Below the pieces are notes generated by a model. That model saw nothing but the letters and a program-made list of their open reading frames with translations, was not told the DNA's origin and did not search any database. A stretch of 64,000 nt of DNA from Vampirovibrionaceae bacterium NZW_1234 (GTDB lineage: Bacteria; Cyanobacteriota; Vampirovibrionia; Vampirovibrionales; JAGQHJ01), in assembly GCA_041697335.1 (NCBI GenBank), contig JBGUGD010000016.1, forward strand, positions 64,001 to 128,000. The letters are read 5' to 3'. Positions 39,204 through 48,551 of this stretch are shown one piece after another. Both the position numbers and the translations under genes were made by a program. Each line of letters opens with the position of its first letter. The first letter of the stretch is position 1.

Positions 39204-40148
39204 GTGGTGTCTGCTGTAAACAACCCCTATAGCATTCTACTCGTGGATGACGACAGCACTATTCGCGAGAACCTGAAAGAGTACCTGACCCATTATCACC
39301 AAGCCGACTATGAACTCACCATTTGCGAAGCTTCCACTTGTGAAGATGCCCTTAAAGCAATGGATTCACAAGCTTTTGACCTAGTTATCAGTGATATTAA
39401 CCTACCAGACCGGGATGGGTTTGAAGTCCTTAAATCCGCCATGGAGCATAACTCCAATATCAAACGGGCGTTAATCACGGCCTACGACCTGGACACTTAT
39501 ATCCACTTGGCCAAAGAAGAAAAAATTTACAATATCATCACCAAAACGGCCCCATTCAACTTTGAAGAGTTATCAAACGTCATCAACAACTTACTGGTTC
39601 CAGAAGAAGCCTTTGGCCTGGATAAATATATCACCACCCCTGAGACCTTTAAGGAGATTGTTCTGACCTCCAGCGACGATATCATGCCTGCTCAACAGGT
39701 CTTAAAAGACTTTTTTCAACAATTTAAACTTCCCGATATTGACGCCCTGTCCATTGTCGTCATTGAAGCCATTACCAATGCCATGTACCACGCGGCAAAA
39801 AATCCCGATGGCAGTTTTCGTTATAACAAAGGTGAAGTTATTGAAAAGCTTCCCCCAGAAGAATATGTCACCATTACTTATGGCTATGATGATGAACGGA
39901 TGGGTGTTTCCATCCGAGATCAAGGCGGCACTATGTCAGCTGATGAAGTCCTTTACTGGTTAGAGCGAAATATCTCCGGCAATTCCTTAATGGATACCCA
40001 TGGGCGCGGCTTGTACCTTATTCATCGCCTTATGGATCGGGTTATTATCAACCTCAGTAAAGATAAAGCGACTGAAATCATTCTGCTTCATAACCTGACT
40101 GATTCAGCCGGGGAAAACAAACCCATCTACATTAACGAAATTGCCTAA
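39204..40148 (+). CDS. Response regulator fused to an RsbW/SpoIIAB-like anti-sigma Ser kinase domain
   Basis: REC: LLVDDD, ISDINLP, ITA, K. C-terminal: EAITNAMYH, IRDQGG, HGRGLYLI-x-x-LMD. Confidence 0.85.
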   Translation: MVSAVNNPYSILLVDDDSTIRENLKEYLTHYHQADYELTICEASTCEDALKAMDSQAFDLVISDINLPDRDGFEVLKSAMEHNSNIKRALITAYDLDTYIHLAKEEKIYNIITKTAPFNFEELSNVINNLLVPEEAFGLDKYITTPETFKEIVLTSSDDIMPAQQVLKDFFQQFKLPDIDALSIVVIEAITNAMYHAAKNPDGSFRYNKGEVIEKLPPEEYVTITYGYDDERMGVSIRDQGGTMSADEVLYWLERNISGNSLMDTHGRGLYLIHRLMDRVIINLSKDKATEIILLHNLTDSAGENKPIYINEIA

Positions 40149-40463
40149 CCAGGAGTAGTCCCTTTCGATTTCTCTGGCGTCCATACCTTTACAGTAAGTC
40201 TGCCTGGCAAATTCAAGCCAAACACATCTACGAGCCTCTGCCTTCGGGGGCAAAGAAATCTGGCCAATATATCAGAACAATTCTTTTTATATACACTTTT
40301 AGGGTCTAATTTTCACCCCTATTTTATTTTCAATAGCGACTAATCCCTGCTCAGAAAAAGGCTTTTACAAGCAAAACAAAACGTTACAATTTAGAAACAA
40401 ACAAGCTCCGCATTAAAGCAGCTTAACCCGCGCCAATCCAGCACTTATACCGATGGGGCCGCA

Positions 40464-40492
40464 TTGAATTTTCTTATAATTTATGGTAAGAT
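40464..40492 (+). promoter_or_regulatory. Putative sigma70 promoter of the zinc-ribbon gene
   Basis: TTGAAT-17 bp-TAAGAT with an extended TG. Confidence 0.65.
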
Positions 40493-40612
40493 TAGAAGTT
40501 AGTTTTTAGAAAGTTAGCTTTTTGCATTTACCTGTTTACAAACGGTCAATCTGTCGGAAAGGGCTTTCTCAAAAACGCTATCTCAATCAGTAACTCGGAG
40601 GCCCTGGACGCC

Positions 40613-40930
40613 ATGTTTCAAGAACGCGAAATCAACTGTCAAGCTTGTGGTGTAAATTTTCCTTTCTCTGCAGAAGAGCAGGAGTTTTTCCACTCGAAAG
40701 GATTTCAAGAGCCTAAAAAATGTAAGCCTTGCCGGGCTGCAGCCAAGCAAAATCGTGGCGGCGGCTATGGCGGAGGTCGCAGTGGCGGTTACGGCAGACC
40801 TCAACGACAATTATATGATGCAGTATGCGCTTCTTGTGGCGTACAAACCCAGGTTCCGTTTGTACCAAATGGCAGTAAACCGGTTTATTGTCGAGATTGC
40901 TACCAGGGCAGTTCTCTTTCTCGGGCTTAA
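40613..40930 (+). CDS. Zinc-ribbon / CxxC-x17-CxxC domain protein
   Basis: CQACG...FSAEEQEFF...PKKCKPCR, Gly-rich linker, CASCG...VPF-x-P...PVYCRDC; GGAGG RBS. Confidence 0.9.
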   Translation: MFQEREINCQACGVNFPFSAEEQEFFHSKGFQEPKKCKPCRAAAKQNRGGGYGGGRSGGYGRPQRQLYDAVCASCGVQTQVPFVPNGSKPVYCRDCYQGSSLSRA

Positions 40931-40948
40931 AGGCCCCTTATGGAATTT

Positions 40949-40980
40949 CAAACCGCCTTATCTCTGGATAAGGCGGTTTG
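40949..40980 (+). terminator. Hairpin after the zinc-ribbon gene
   Basis: Perfect 14-bp stem CAAACCGCCTTATC-TCTG-GATAAGGCGGTTTG. Confidence 0.7.
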
Positions 40981-41137
40981 CGCGTGAGAGCAATTCTTTA
41001 GAGCAGATTTTTTTAGCTCAGTAAGAAAATGAGGGTTCAGAAATTTTCGAACTTTCCGATAATTGGATCGTCTTTTATTATACACACCTTGGGTTAGCTT
41101 ACCGCCACACAATAAGAAGAGTTGAGACCATTGCCTG

Positions 41138-41878
41138 ATGACAGATAAAAAGCCGCTTGTTGTTTTGATTCATGGCTTTCTAGGCCATCCTGAAGAATTT
41201 GGAGAGCTTATTCCTTTGCTACAAAGCCACGGGTATGCGACCCACCAGGTCTGCTTACCTGAGCATGGGAATGAACCCGGATACATTGCCAACATTACTT
41301 GGCATGATCTATTGAGCCACTGTCATACCGACTTGGACCGTATTACGATAGACTATTCTGATATCCATTTGATTGGTTTCAGTTTAGGCGGTGCGCTCAG
41401 CCTGGTCCTATCGGCACAACGCCCTACAGACTTTAAGTCGCTTACTTTGGTTGCAGCTCCGTGTAAGCCGGTATTCAACTTGGAATTTGGTCAGTATCAC
41501 ATCAAGAATTTTTTTAACCGATTTTTACCGGGCTTGCCTCGTCATCAGTGGAATACAGGCTTCCCTAAACCAATGTTTTATCCCCATGATCTGATTCGAC
41601 TCTACCGCCAGATGGACTCCCTGTTCACCGCTGTCCAGGATTCAGCACCCCGCTTAGCACTTCCAACATTGTTGCTCCATTCGGCCTATGACTTAACAAT
41701 TCCCTATGAGCATAGCGAATGGTTGCATGCCGCTATTCCGGCAGAAACAAATTTAGTAACACTCTTAGATTGCGGCCACCAGGTTTTTCCACACAAAGTT
41801 AAAGGTACCGTGGGGCAAAGCGTTATTCATCATATACAAACTGTAGACCAGCGCTACCTAACCCGCCTCACCGGCTAA
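41138..41878 (+). CDS. Alpha/beta hydrolase (carboxylesterase-like)
   Basis: LIHGF, GFSLGG, D (YDLTIP) and H (CGH) motifs. Confidence 0.88.
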   Translation: MTDKKPLVVLIHGFLGHPEEFGELIPLLQSHGYATHQVCLPEHGNEPGYIANITWHDLLSHCHTDLDRITIDYSDIHLIGFSLGGALSLVLSAQRPTDFKSLTLVAAPCKPVFNLEFGQYHIKNFFNRFLPGLPRHQWNTGFPKPMFYPHDLIRLYRQMDSLFTAVQDSAPRLALPTLLLHSAYDLTIPYEHSEWLHAAIPAETNLVTLLDCGHQVFPHKVKGTVGQSVIHHIQTVDQRYLTRLTG

Positions 41879-43276
41879 TTCATCGGAAGTGGATATGGCA
41901 ATGAACGGCTTTCGCCCAAAGCGCTTATCCAGTAACTTTTTAAGATATGCCTTTGAGTCTCGGTCCCAGGTAAATATCAGGCACCGCTTGCCATGCAAGG
42001 TGGGAGCATCCAGCGGCAAAGAGGATACCTCAGAAAAATCCGCCAATTTGCCGTTAAAACGTCGAACCCAGATGGGTGGCTTGATACTGGGAGGCTGATA
42101 CAAGGGCTTAGGCGCCACAACCATGCTCTCAAACCCAAAATCAAAGGATAATTGATGGGATTCATAGTACTGTCGCATGTCGTCCAAAACAGGTTGTAGG
42201 GTTTCCTCAGACATATCTTGAGAGTATGAATTAAATTCAAGGTATTTAAAGAGATCATGCCCCAAGAGCCTGTTGGATAGTTGCTTTAAGAGAAGATCAG
42301 TGGAATAGCGAGCCCACATGTTCACCTTATCCCACAGATAACAGTCATCCAACATCAAATAATCTTCGACCGACAAGGAGTGTCCGTCGGTCATCAATGC
42401 ATATAACAGATCCGCCGGATGCCCTGGATCGATGCCTTGATCTCGGACCCACTTGAAACGCAGCAGCGTCATCTTGAGTAATGTTTCAGATGCTTTATCC
42501 AAAGAATGCAAGGCCATCTTATAGGCTTCATAACGGCCAAATAAATAATGTTCGACCGCCGGAACCGCTTCTTCCCGAATAGCCATTGCCATTTTTCCTT
42601 CAGGTGTTTGGCCAATACACAAGTTGGTGATAATGCGCTCAACTTCGACACGACCATATTGAACGCCCAAATGGTGGCTGTCTCTTAACAAATAGTCGAG
42701 CCGATCCATATCCAACTGGCTTGAGACCAAATCTGCCAAGTAATGCCGGTTCTCTCCAGGTTCACCGTCACTAAAACGTGTTACACTGCCCGGTAATTCC
42801 TTGCCATAACGGCGCCAAATCTGTTGCAACTCCTCGTCATTCTCAAGAATCAGCTTGTTCCAGTAGGTATCGTGAATGAGGCCTTTGTCCTTCAAATTCA
42901 AAACGTCTTCAAGCGTATGTGATAGGGGTGTATGGCCAATGTCATGAACCAAGATACTGAGTAATAGCAAGCGATCCATGGGGATATTGGTATCTTCATA
43001 CGAGGATTTCAGGATTTGACGAGCATCCTCATGCTCTTGTAAACATTCTAGGGTTTTAACCATAAGCCATGCCGCCCCGATGCTGTGAACAAATCGGTTA
43101 TGAGTAGCCCCGGGAAACACAAATTCAGCCATCCCCATTTGTCGAATACGACGTAATCGCTGAAATGCACGACTATTCATGACATCCAGAATCAATTGAT
43201 GATTTTCATCGTGGCGCTTCAGCCGAATCATCCCGTGAACCGGATCCGCCATTGACATCCATTGAGCCATTCTCAT
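41858..43276 (-). CDS. HD-superfamily phosphohydrolase (dNTP triphosphohydrolase/SAMHD1-like)
   Basis: DPVHG, FQRLRRIRQMG, FPGATHNRFVHSIG, HDIGH-x-PLSH and LDMDRLDYLLRD motifs. Confidence 0.9.
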   Translation of the reverse strand: MRMAQWMSMADPVHGMIRLKRHDENHQLILDVMNSRAFQRLRRIRQMGMAEFVFPGATHNRFVHSIGAAWLMVKTLECLQEHEDARQILKSSYEDTNIPMDRLLLLSILVHDIGHTPLSHTLEDVLNLKDKGLIHDTYWNKLILENDEELQQIWRRYGKELPGSVTRFSDGEPGENRHYLADLVSSQLDMDRLDYLLRDSHHLGVQYGRVEVERIITNLCIGQTPEGKMAMAIREEAVPAVEHYLFGRYEAYKMALHSLDKASETLLKMTLLRFKWVRDQGIDPGHPADLLYALMTDGHSLSVEDYLMLDDCYLWDKVNMWARYSTDLLLKQLSNRLLGHDLFKYLEFNSYSQDMSEETLQPVLDDMRQYYESHQLSFDFGFESMVVAPKPLYQPPSIKPPIWVRRFNGKLADFSEVSSLPLDAPTLHGKRCLIFTWDRDSKAYLKKLLDKRFGRKPFIAISTSDELAGEAG

Positions 43277-43407
43277 TAAGCGTCTATTAACCTCATTCAC
43301 GACCACGTCGAATCCGCATCTATCGGCAGACACACCACCATCATTCCATAAATTCAGAAAACAGAAAGCAATTATTCGATGTATTTGTGCGGCTGCCCTC
43401 AACAATA

Positions 43408-43776
43408 CTATGGCAAAGTCACATCATGAAGTCTGGGAACGGTATTGTTGTTTATAAATTGAACGATTGTTTCCCAAGGATCATCAACTACCCAGTAAGA
43501 CCTGACATAAGGACCCAAATGCCACGTTTGGGTATCTCGAAAATTACGGTATTCATCCTCGGCAAACACAACAATGTTAAACGTATCAAGGCAACGAAGT
43601 GTGTACTCCAATGTGGTCTTCCCATCAAACCAATTGTCTTCCAAAAAAATCTCATAATTGGCTAGGGCTACATTAAACCAGTCCCGAAACTGGTTCAAAA
43701 ATTCGTACAAGTCTTCATTGGCAAGCTTTAAAGCCTGAAACCGGAGTTGAATATGTTCGAGAACCGTTGCAGTCAA
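43408..43776 (-). CDS. Hypothetical protein (122 aa)
   Basis: TTG start with GGAGG RBS. Confidence 0.7.
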   Translation of the reverse strand: MTATVLEHIQLRFQALKLANEDLYEFLNQFRDWFNVALANYEIFLEDNWFDGKTTLEYTLRCLDTFNIVVFAEDEYRNFRDTQTWHLGPYVRSYWVVDDPWETIVQFINNNTVPRLHDVTLP

Positions 43777-43912
43777 TCCAGATACCTCCCAAGGGGTTTC
43801 CTAAGGATATAGCACAAACCGACTGAACTGACCGATACTTTCCATTTTGCATCCTCTGCGGCTATAATGACCTATCCGTGACAATGGTAAAAAATAAACG
43901 TAACCCTGATCC

Positions 43913-44113
43913 ATGCACTCCATTGATGATGACAACCCCCTCATCTGTTATTGCTTCAATGTCCATCAGCAAGAGATTATGGCTGTCATTCATCGTGAGG
44001 ATGTACACAGCGTGATGGATATTACTCGCCATTGTAAAGCTGGAAACGGCTGCAGTAGCTGCTGGGCAACCCTGGAGGAACTCCTTGCTCTCAAGCCACC
44101 CAACCACACTTAA
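43913..44113 (+). CDS. BFD-like [2Fe-2S]-binding protein
   Basis: ICYCFNV...AGNGCSSC pattern. Confidence 0.75.
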   Translation: MHSIDDDNPLICYCFNVHQQEIMAVIHREDVHSVMDITRHCKAGNGCSSCWATLEELLALKPPNHT

Positions 44114-44215
44114 TCAATTTTAGTGGTTGAAACGAAAGTCACTTTCAGAAATGATATACAAGCTTACTTTACCAATCGGTACATTCTACAGCCATAACAA
44201 AAGAGGACCCCGCTG

Positions 44216-45034
44216 ATGTTGATGGAAAGCCAACCCCTAATCGATGTTCAAAGCCATGCTGATACTCGGGGCATTGCCCTTCAAAAAGTGGGTGTTAAAA
44301 ACGTTGAACTCCCACTGCATGTGCTTCAAAAGGATGGTCATACTCAAATGGTTGCCGCCAGTGTGACGATGAGTGTGGATTTACCCGAAGAACAAAAAGG
44401 AACTCATTTATCCCGATTTATTATTCAGTTGGCCGAGCAGAACGATAGTATTGCGTTCTGCTACAACCTCAAGCAATTCCTAGAAGAAACGCAACGCCGC
44501 CTTGATGCAACAAATGCTTATATCAAGATGGATTTCCGGTACTTTATTCAAAAAAAAGCACCCATTTCTCCTATGTCAGCCCCAATGGCTATTTCATGCA
44601 GTTTTGAGGCAGCCCTTCATGGGTCGGCCTATCAATTTGCTCTAGGCTTAGAAGTCCCGATTGCCACATTGTGCCCCTGCAGTAAAGCCATATCGGATTA
44701 TGGTGCCCATAACCAGCGGGCTTTAATCCGCACACGGATGCATTTGGATACTCAACACGATCATCAGGTGGCCTGGATTGAAGATCTGGTAACCGCGCTG
44801 GACGAATGTGGATCGTGCCCGGTTTACCCAATTCTGAAACGACCTGATGAAAAATATGTGACCGAACGCGCCTATGACAATCCCAAATTCGTAGAAGATG
44901 TGATTCGCGAGTGCGTCGCTACATTACGCCAAGTCCCCTCGGTCAATGGATTTGAAGTAGAGGTGGAAGCCTTAGAAAGTATCCATGGTCACAACGCTTG
45001 GGCCTACCAGAACGAAGGATTCACCAGTCTCTAG
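44216..45034 (+). CDS. folE2: GTP cyclohydrolase IB
   Basis: DVQ, KGTHLSRF, TLCPCSK, GAHNQR, LKRPDEK, NPKFVED and ESIH-x-HNA motifs. Confidence 0.95.
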   Translation: MLMESQPLIDVQSHADTRGIALQKVGVKNVELPLHVLQKDGHTQMVAASVTMSVDLPEEQKGTHLSRFIIQLAEQNDSIAFCYNLKQFLEETQRRLDATNAYIKMDFRYFIQKKAPISPMSAPMAISCSFEAALHGSAYQFALGLEVPIATLCPCSKAISDYGAHNQRALIRTRMHLDTQHDHQVAWIEDLVTALDECGSCPVYPILKRPDEKYVTERAYDNPKFVEDVIRECVATLRQVPSVNGFEVEVEALESIHGHNAWAYQNEGFTSL

Positions 45035-45174
45035 GTGGCATAACATTCCCAACAACTCCTAATCCGGACTTCCAGGCTCTGGCTGTGAAATGTGCGGCAG
45101 GTCTTTTGGCAAATCTTGCTGTTAGCAAGATGCCTGAACCTGAACAGAACCTACAACCAATTTATCTCAGGCTG

Positions 45175-47433
45175 CTAAAGCCCGTAGCCTAGCTCCATTG
45201 ACCGTTGGAACTGCACTTTCTTGCCCTGCCATTGCATCGCAGAAAAGGTCCCTAAATCCATTCTTTGTAGGCTTTTTGAGCTATTTTTTACCGTCAGATA
45301 ACCTGCTTGACGATTCGTAGCGGTATACACAATGGGGCACTCTTGAAAAAGCCCGGCAAGCGAATTGATCGGTTCCTGGGCTTCAGACCATACAGTGGCC
45401 AGACAACCCTGAGGCGTATTAAACCGGTAGATTATAGTACCAGAAGTAGCATTGTAGAAAATAGCTGACCAGGAATGGCCTTGAATTATCTGAGTGCTGG
45501 TCAACGTGACCAGTGGCAGATCAGACTGACGGGCCAAGTGCAGCAAGAATGTTTGAGTACTCGGATGCAGAGCGGATGGAACCGTTATCGTTCCCACAGA
45601 GATGGTCTGCATCAAATCTTGTAGGCTCTTCTGATTTAAACGACGATCTGAAACAAGATTGAGTAAATCAATATGATTGAGGCCTGAGTGCTGCAGATAA
45701 TGCATCATACGCCGAGTTGCTGTTTTATCCAGGATCTGTGCGCTCACCAACACCTTCCTTCCAGGCAAAACTATAATCTGATTTCCACTTGCACCATAAG
45801 TATCGGGTAGCCACACAATTTGGGATGAAACCGAGGCTTTCACACCAGCAAAACCTATGGGTAACAAGACCATTAGTAGAGCAATAGCCCCATATCGGTA
45901 GCGTATTGACTTGTCGAAATTCAAAGGAAAATGTAAGACATAGGCCCCTGCAAACAATATCCCTTGTAGAAGCACCATACTTGTGGCAGGAATTTCACCC
46001 AGATACAGATTACTCCAGTGAAACTGACTAAAGCCCCCTGCTAATTGAATCAGCCAGGCAGATAAGACCGTTAACGGCCCTGATGTTATTTTTAATATGG
46101 CAGGCCATAGTAGAGACACTGATCCGGCTAAAAAGCCCAGGTAGGTGAGCAGTGAGACAATGGGCAAAGCTAAAATATTGGCAGGCACGGACGCGAGTTG
46201 AAGCTGATGAAAATGGTACAACAAGATGGGCGTGACCCACAATTGGGCCACAACAGGGACTAGCAGAAGGCCGGCCCCCCATCGCGTGAGAAAAAATCCG
46301 AGCTTGTCCTGTAAAGGCGGCACCATGGAAATCAAGCCGAAAGTACTCAGAAAGGAGAGTTGAAAGCTCATCATGCTGACAATCATGGGATCAATAAGAC
46401 ACAAGATGGCCCCAGCCGTGCATAGCAGTGTCAGCGGGGTCATCTCCCGCCGAATTAATTTCATCAAAAAAGCCAGCTCCAGCATGATACCGGCACGAAG
46501 CACCGAAGGCGGTAACCCTGCTAAAAGACAGTAGCTTGCCACTACTATCATCGCTATCACGATAGAGAGTGTAGAAGGCATTCGAAGACGGCGTCCAAGA
46601 AAAAGAATGCTCAAAGCAATCAGTCCAACATTGAAGCCACTAGCGGCAAGCACATGAATCAAGCCCGACCTCGTAAAGCTAAGTTTTAAGTGAGCATCGG
46701 TTCCTACAGCATGATTTCCTAAGACAATCCCTCCAAGTAAATCAGCTTGGGGCGTGGGCATATACTTTTGAAACCCACGTATGAGCTGATAAGCCACGTC
46801 ATCAGCTTGTCTGCGAACCCACAGCCATGGGTCTGAAGTTCCAGACGCAAGAATTTGCGTGGTTCGAGGATACATAACGGCCCCAATATGCTGATGGCTG
46901 AGATACTCTCGATAATTGAAGTCCCCGGGATACGATGGGCCAGAAGGAACACGAATTATCCCTTGAAGGCGGATCATATCCCCTACCTTCATCGGCGGGA
47001 GCTCCTCAATGTTTCGATACCGCAGTAAAACATTCTCGGCTACCCGATGTCCTTTTATTTGCGTCAACCTGACTATCCACTGCCTCCTCCCTGAGGCCTG
47101 TTCAACAAGAACTCCCTCCCAATAGGTAGGAGGGCTTGATAGTGCACTCATAAATGCTTCAGAAGGTTTGGTAAGTTCCTCAACAACTCCACGATAACCT
47201 GCTCCCAAGCAAAATATCAGGCAAAGTATTAAAAATTGCATGTCCCATTTGGGAAGGGGGCTCGGAATCCATAACAACAAGAATAGAATTGTCAGAAATA
47301 TGAAGGCAACAAAAAACCATACCCCGAATGCCAAGTGCAATTGCGAGAAGGCCCAAGCACCAATCAGCAACATCAGCGCTGAGGCAATCACCATTTGCCC
47401 ACAATAGCCAAAAAAACGTTGGGGATGTTTCAT
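45175..47433 (-). CDS. comEC: ComEC/Rec2 DNA-uptake channel
   Basis: PGDFNY, GLIHVLAASGFNV, PSVLRA, SFQLSF and ANI motifs; multiple TM helices. Confidence 0.9.
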   Translation of the reverse strand: MKHPQRFFGYCGQMVIASALMLLIGAWAFSQLHLAFGVWFFVAFIFLTILFLLLWIPSPLPKWDMQFLILCLIFCLGAGYRGVVEELTKPSEAFMSALSSPPTYWEGVLVEQASGRRQWIVRLTQIKGHRVAENVLLRYRNIEELPPMKVGDMIRLQGIIRVPSGPSYPGDFNYREYLSHQHIGAVMYPRTTQILASGTSDPWLWVRRQADDVAYQLIRGFQKYMPTPQADLLGGIVLGNHAVGTDAHLKLSFTRSGLIHVLAASGFNVGLIALSILFLGRRLRMPSTLSIVIAMIVVASYCLLAGLPPSVLRAGIMLELAFLMKLIRREMTPLTLLCTAGAILCLIDPMIVSMMSFQLSFLSTFGLISMVPPLQDKLGFFLTRWGAGLLLVPVVAQLWVTPILLYHFHQLQLASVPANILALPIVSLLTYLGFLAGSVSLLWPAILKITSGPLTVLSAWLIQLAGGFSQFHWSNLYLGEIPATSMVLLQGILFAGAYVLHFPLNFDKSIRYRYGAIALLMVLLPIGFAGVKASVSSQIVWLPDTYGASGNQIIVLPGRKVLVSAQILDKTATRRMMHYLQHSGLNHIDLLNLVSDRRLNQKSLQDLMQTISVGTITVPSALHPSTQTFLLHLARQSDLPLVTLTSTQIIQGHSWSAIFYNATSGTIIYRFNTPQGCLATVWSEAQEPINSLAGLFQECPIVYTATNRQAGYLTVKNSSKSLQRMDLGTFSAMQWQGKKVQFQRSMELGYGL

Positions 47434-47621
47434 GTGGTTCCGGTCTTTATCTCCATCTCCTCAGCCCCTTATGACATAAACACGACTCATACGGATCACT
47501 ATATTGCTGAAGGTAAATTACACCCGTGGCTCCCCCACATGCTCAAATAGACTGACCTGCTTGCCCGAGACTGGAAACCTTCTACAATGGAAGGTGTTAT
47601 TGCCTGAGTTAGGACCCAATT

Positions 47622-48551
47622 GTGCTTCGAGCAATTATCAAACAGGTACTTCAAGGAGGCCTGACCCTGTGGATGGTGATTACCATCACCTTTTTCCTGA
47701 TTCGCGTGCTACCAGGGGGCCCATTTGACCAGGACCGAAAGTTACCTCCAGCCATTGAAGCCAATATGGAAGCCAAATACCATTTAGATGAGCCTGTTTT
47801 TGCTCAGTACATTCGATATGTATCACAATTGCTCCAAGGTGACCTTGGCCCTTCCTACAAATATATGACTCGCAATGTGAATGCCATTGTGTCAGAGGCT
47901 AGCAGTACATCAATTACACTGGGGGCAATGGCCCTCCTGGTCGGCATCTTTCTTGGTATGGTTCTTGGTACCTGGGCCGGGTCATCACCAAATCGACATA
48001 TTCAGAACCTCCTTGTCTTGGTAGGAACCACCAGTGTGTCACTACCGAGTTTTATTTTTGGAGCTTGTCTGACTCTGGTATTTGCTTATTATTTGAATGT
48101 ATTGCCCGCAGCACGGCTGGAAGGTCCGCTTTCGTATGTTCTACCTGTGTTAACACTGTCACTTACACCGTTTGCTTATACCTTCCTGTTGATCCGAGCC
48201 CGTGTCCTTGAATTGATGACAATGCCTTTTGTGCAGAGCAAGCACAGTTTCGGGCTCTCAGAATTTCGTGTTGTTTTTCTACATGTGCTTCGAAATGCAT
48301 TAATTCCTCTTGTTTCCATCCTTGGCCCGATTAGCGCAGCCACTATAACAGGGTCATTTGCTGTTGAACTTATTTTTGCAATTCCTGGTTTAGGTAAATA
48401 TTTCATTACAGCCGTTTCAAACCGAGATTACACCTTGGTTATGGGTATCACTATCGTTTACAGTACTTTTTTGGTTGTTTTTAACACCATAACTGAAATG
48501 CTCTTGGGCTTTCTGGATCCTAGAATTCGTGCGGATGAGGAGCCCACCTGA
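47622..48551 (+). CDS. oppB: Oligopeptide ABC transporter permease
   Basis: PGGPF, GDLGPSY, HVLRNAL, FAIPGLG, NRDY and DPRIR motifs. Confidence 0.88.
   Translation: MLRAIIKQVLQGGLTLWMVITITFFLIRVLPGGPFDQDRKLPPAIEANMEAKYHLDEPVFAQYIRYVSQLLQGDLGPSYKYMTRNVNAIVSEASSTSITLGAMALLVGIFLGMVLGTWAGSSPNRHIQNLLVLVGTTSVSLPSFIFGACLTLVFAYYLNVLPAARLEGPLSYVLPVLTLSLTPFAYTFLLIRARVLELMTMPFVQSKHSFGLSEFRVVFLHVLRNALIPLVSILGPISAATITGSFAVELIFAIPGLGKYFITAVSNRDYTLVMGITIVYSTFLVVFNTITEMLLGFLDPRIRADEEPT

Noticed and set aside
40585..40605. CAGTAACTCGGAGGC resembling the 3' end of the c-di-AMP (ydaO) riboswitch
   Set aside because: The rest of the aptamer is missing and the match overlaps the GGAGG RBS.
40949..40980. GATAAGGCG hairpin resembling an enterobacterial REP element
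   Set aside because: Only one copy was noticed, directly after a stop codon, so a terminator explains it.
41035..41062. Possible sigma28 promoter (TTCA-N15-TCCGATAA) before the alpha/beta hydrolase
   Set aside because: The -35 match is poor, and I found no convincing TAAA-N15-GCCGATAA site in the intergenic regions I examined.
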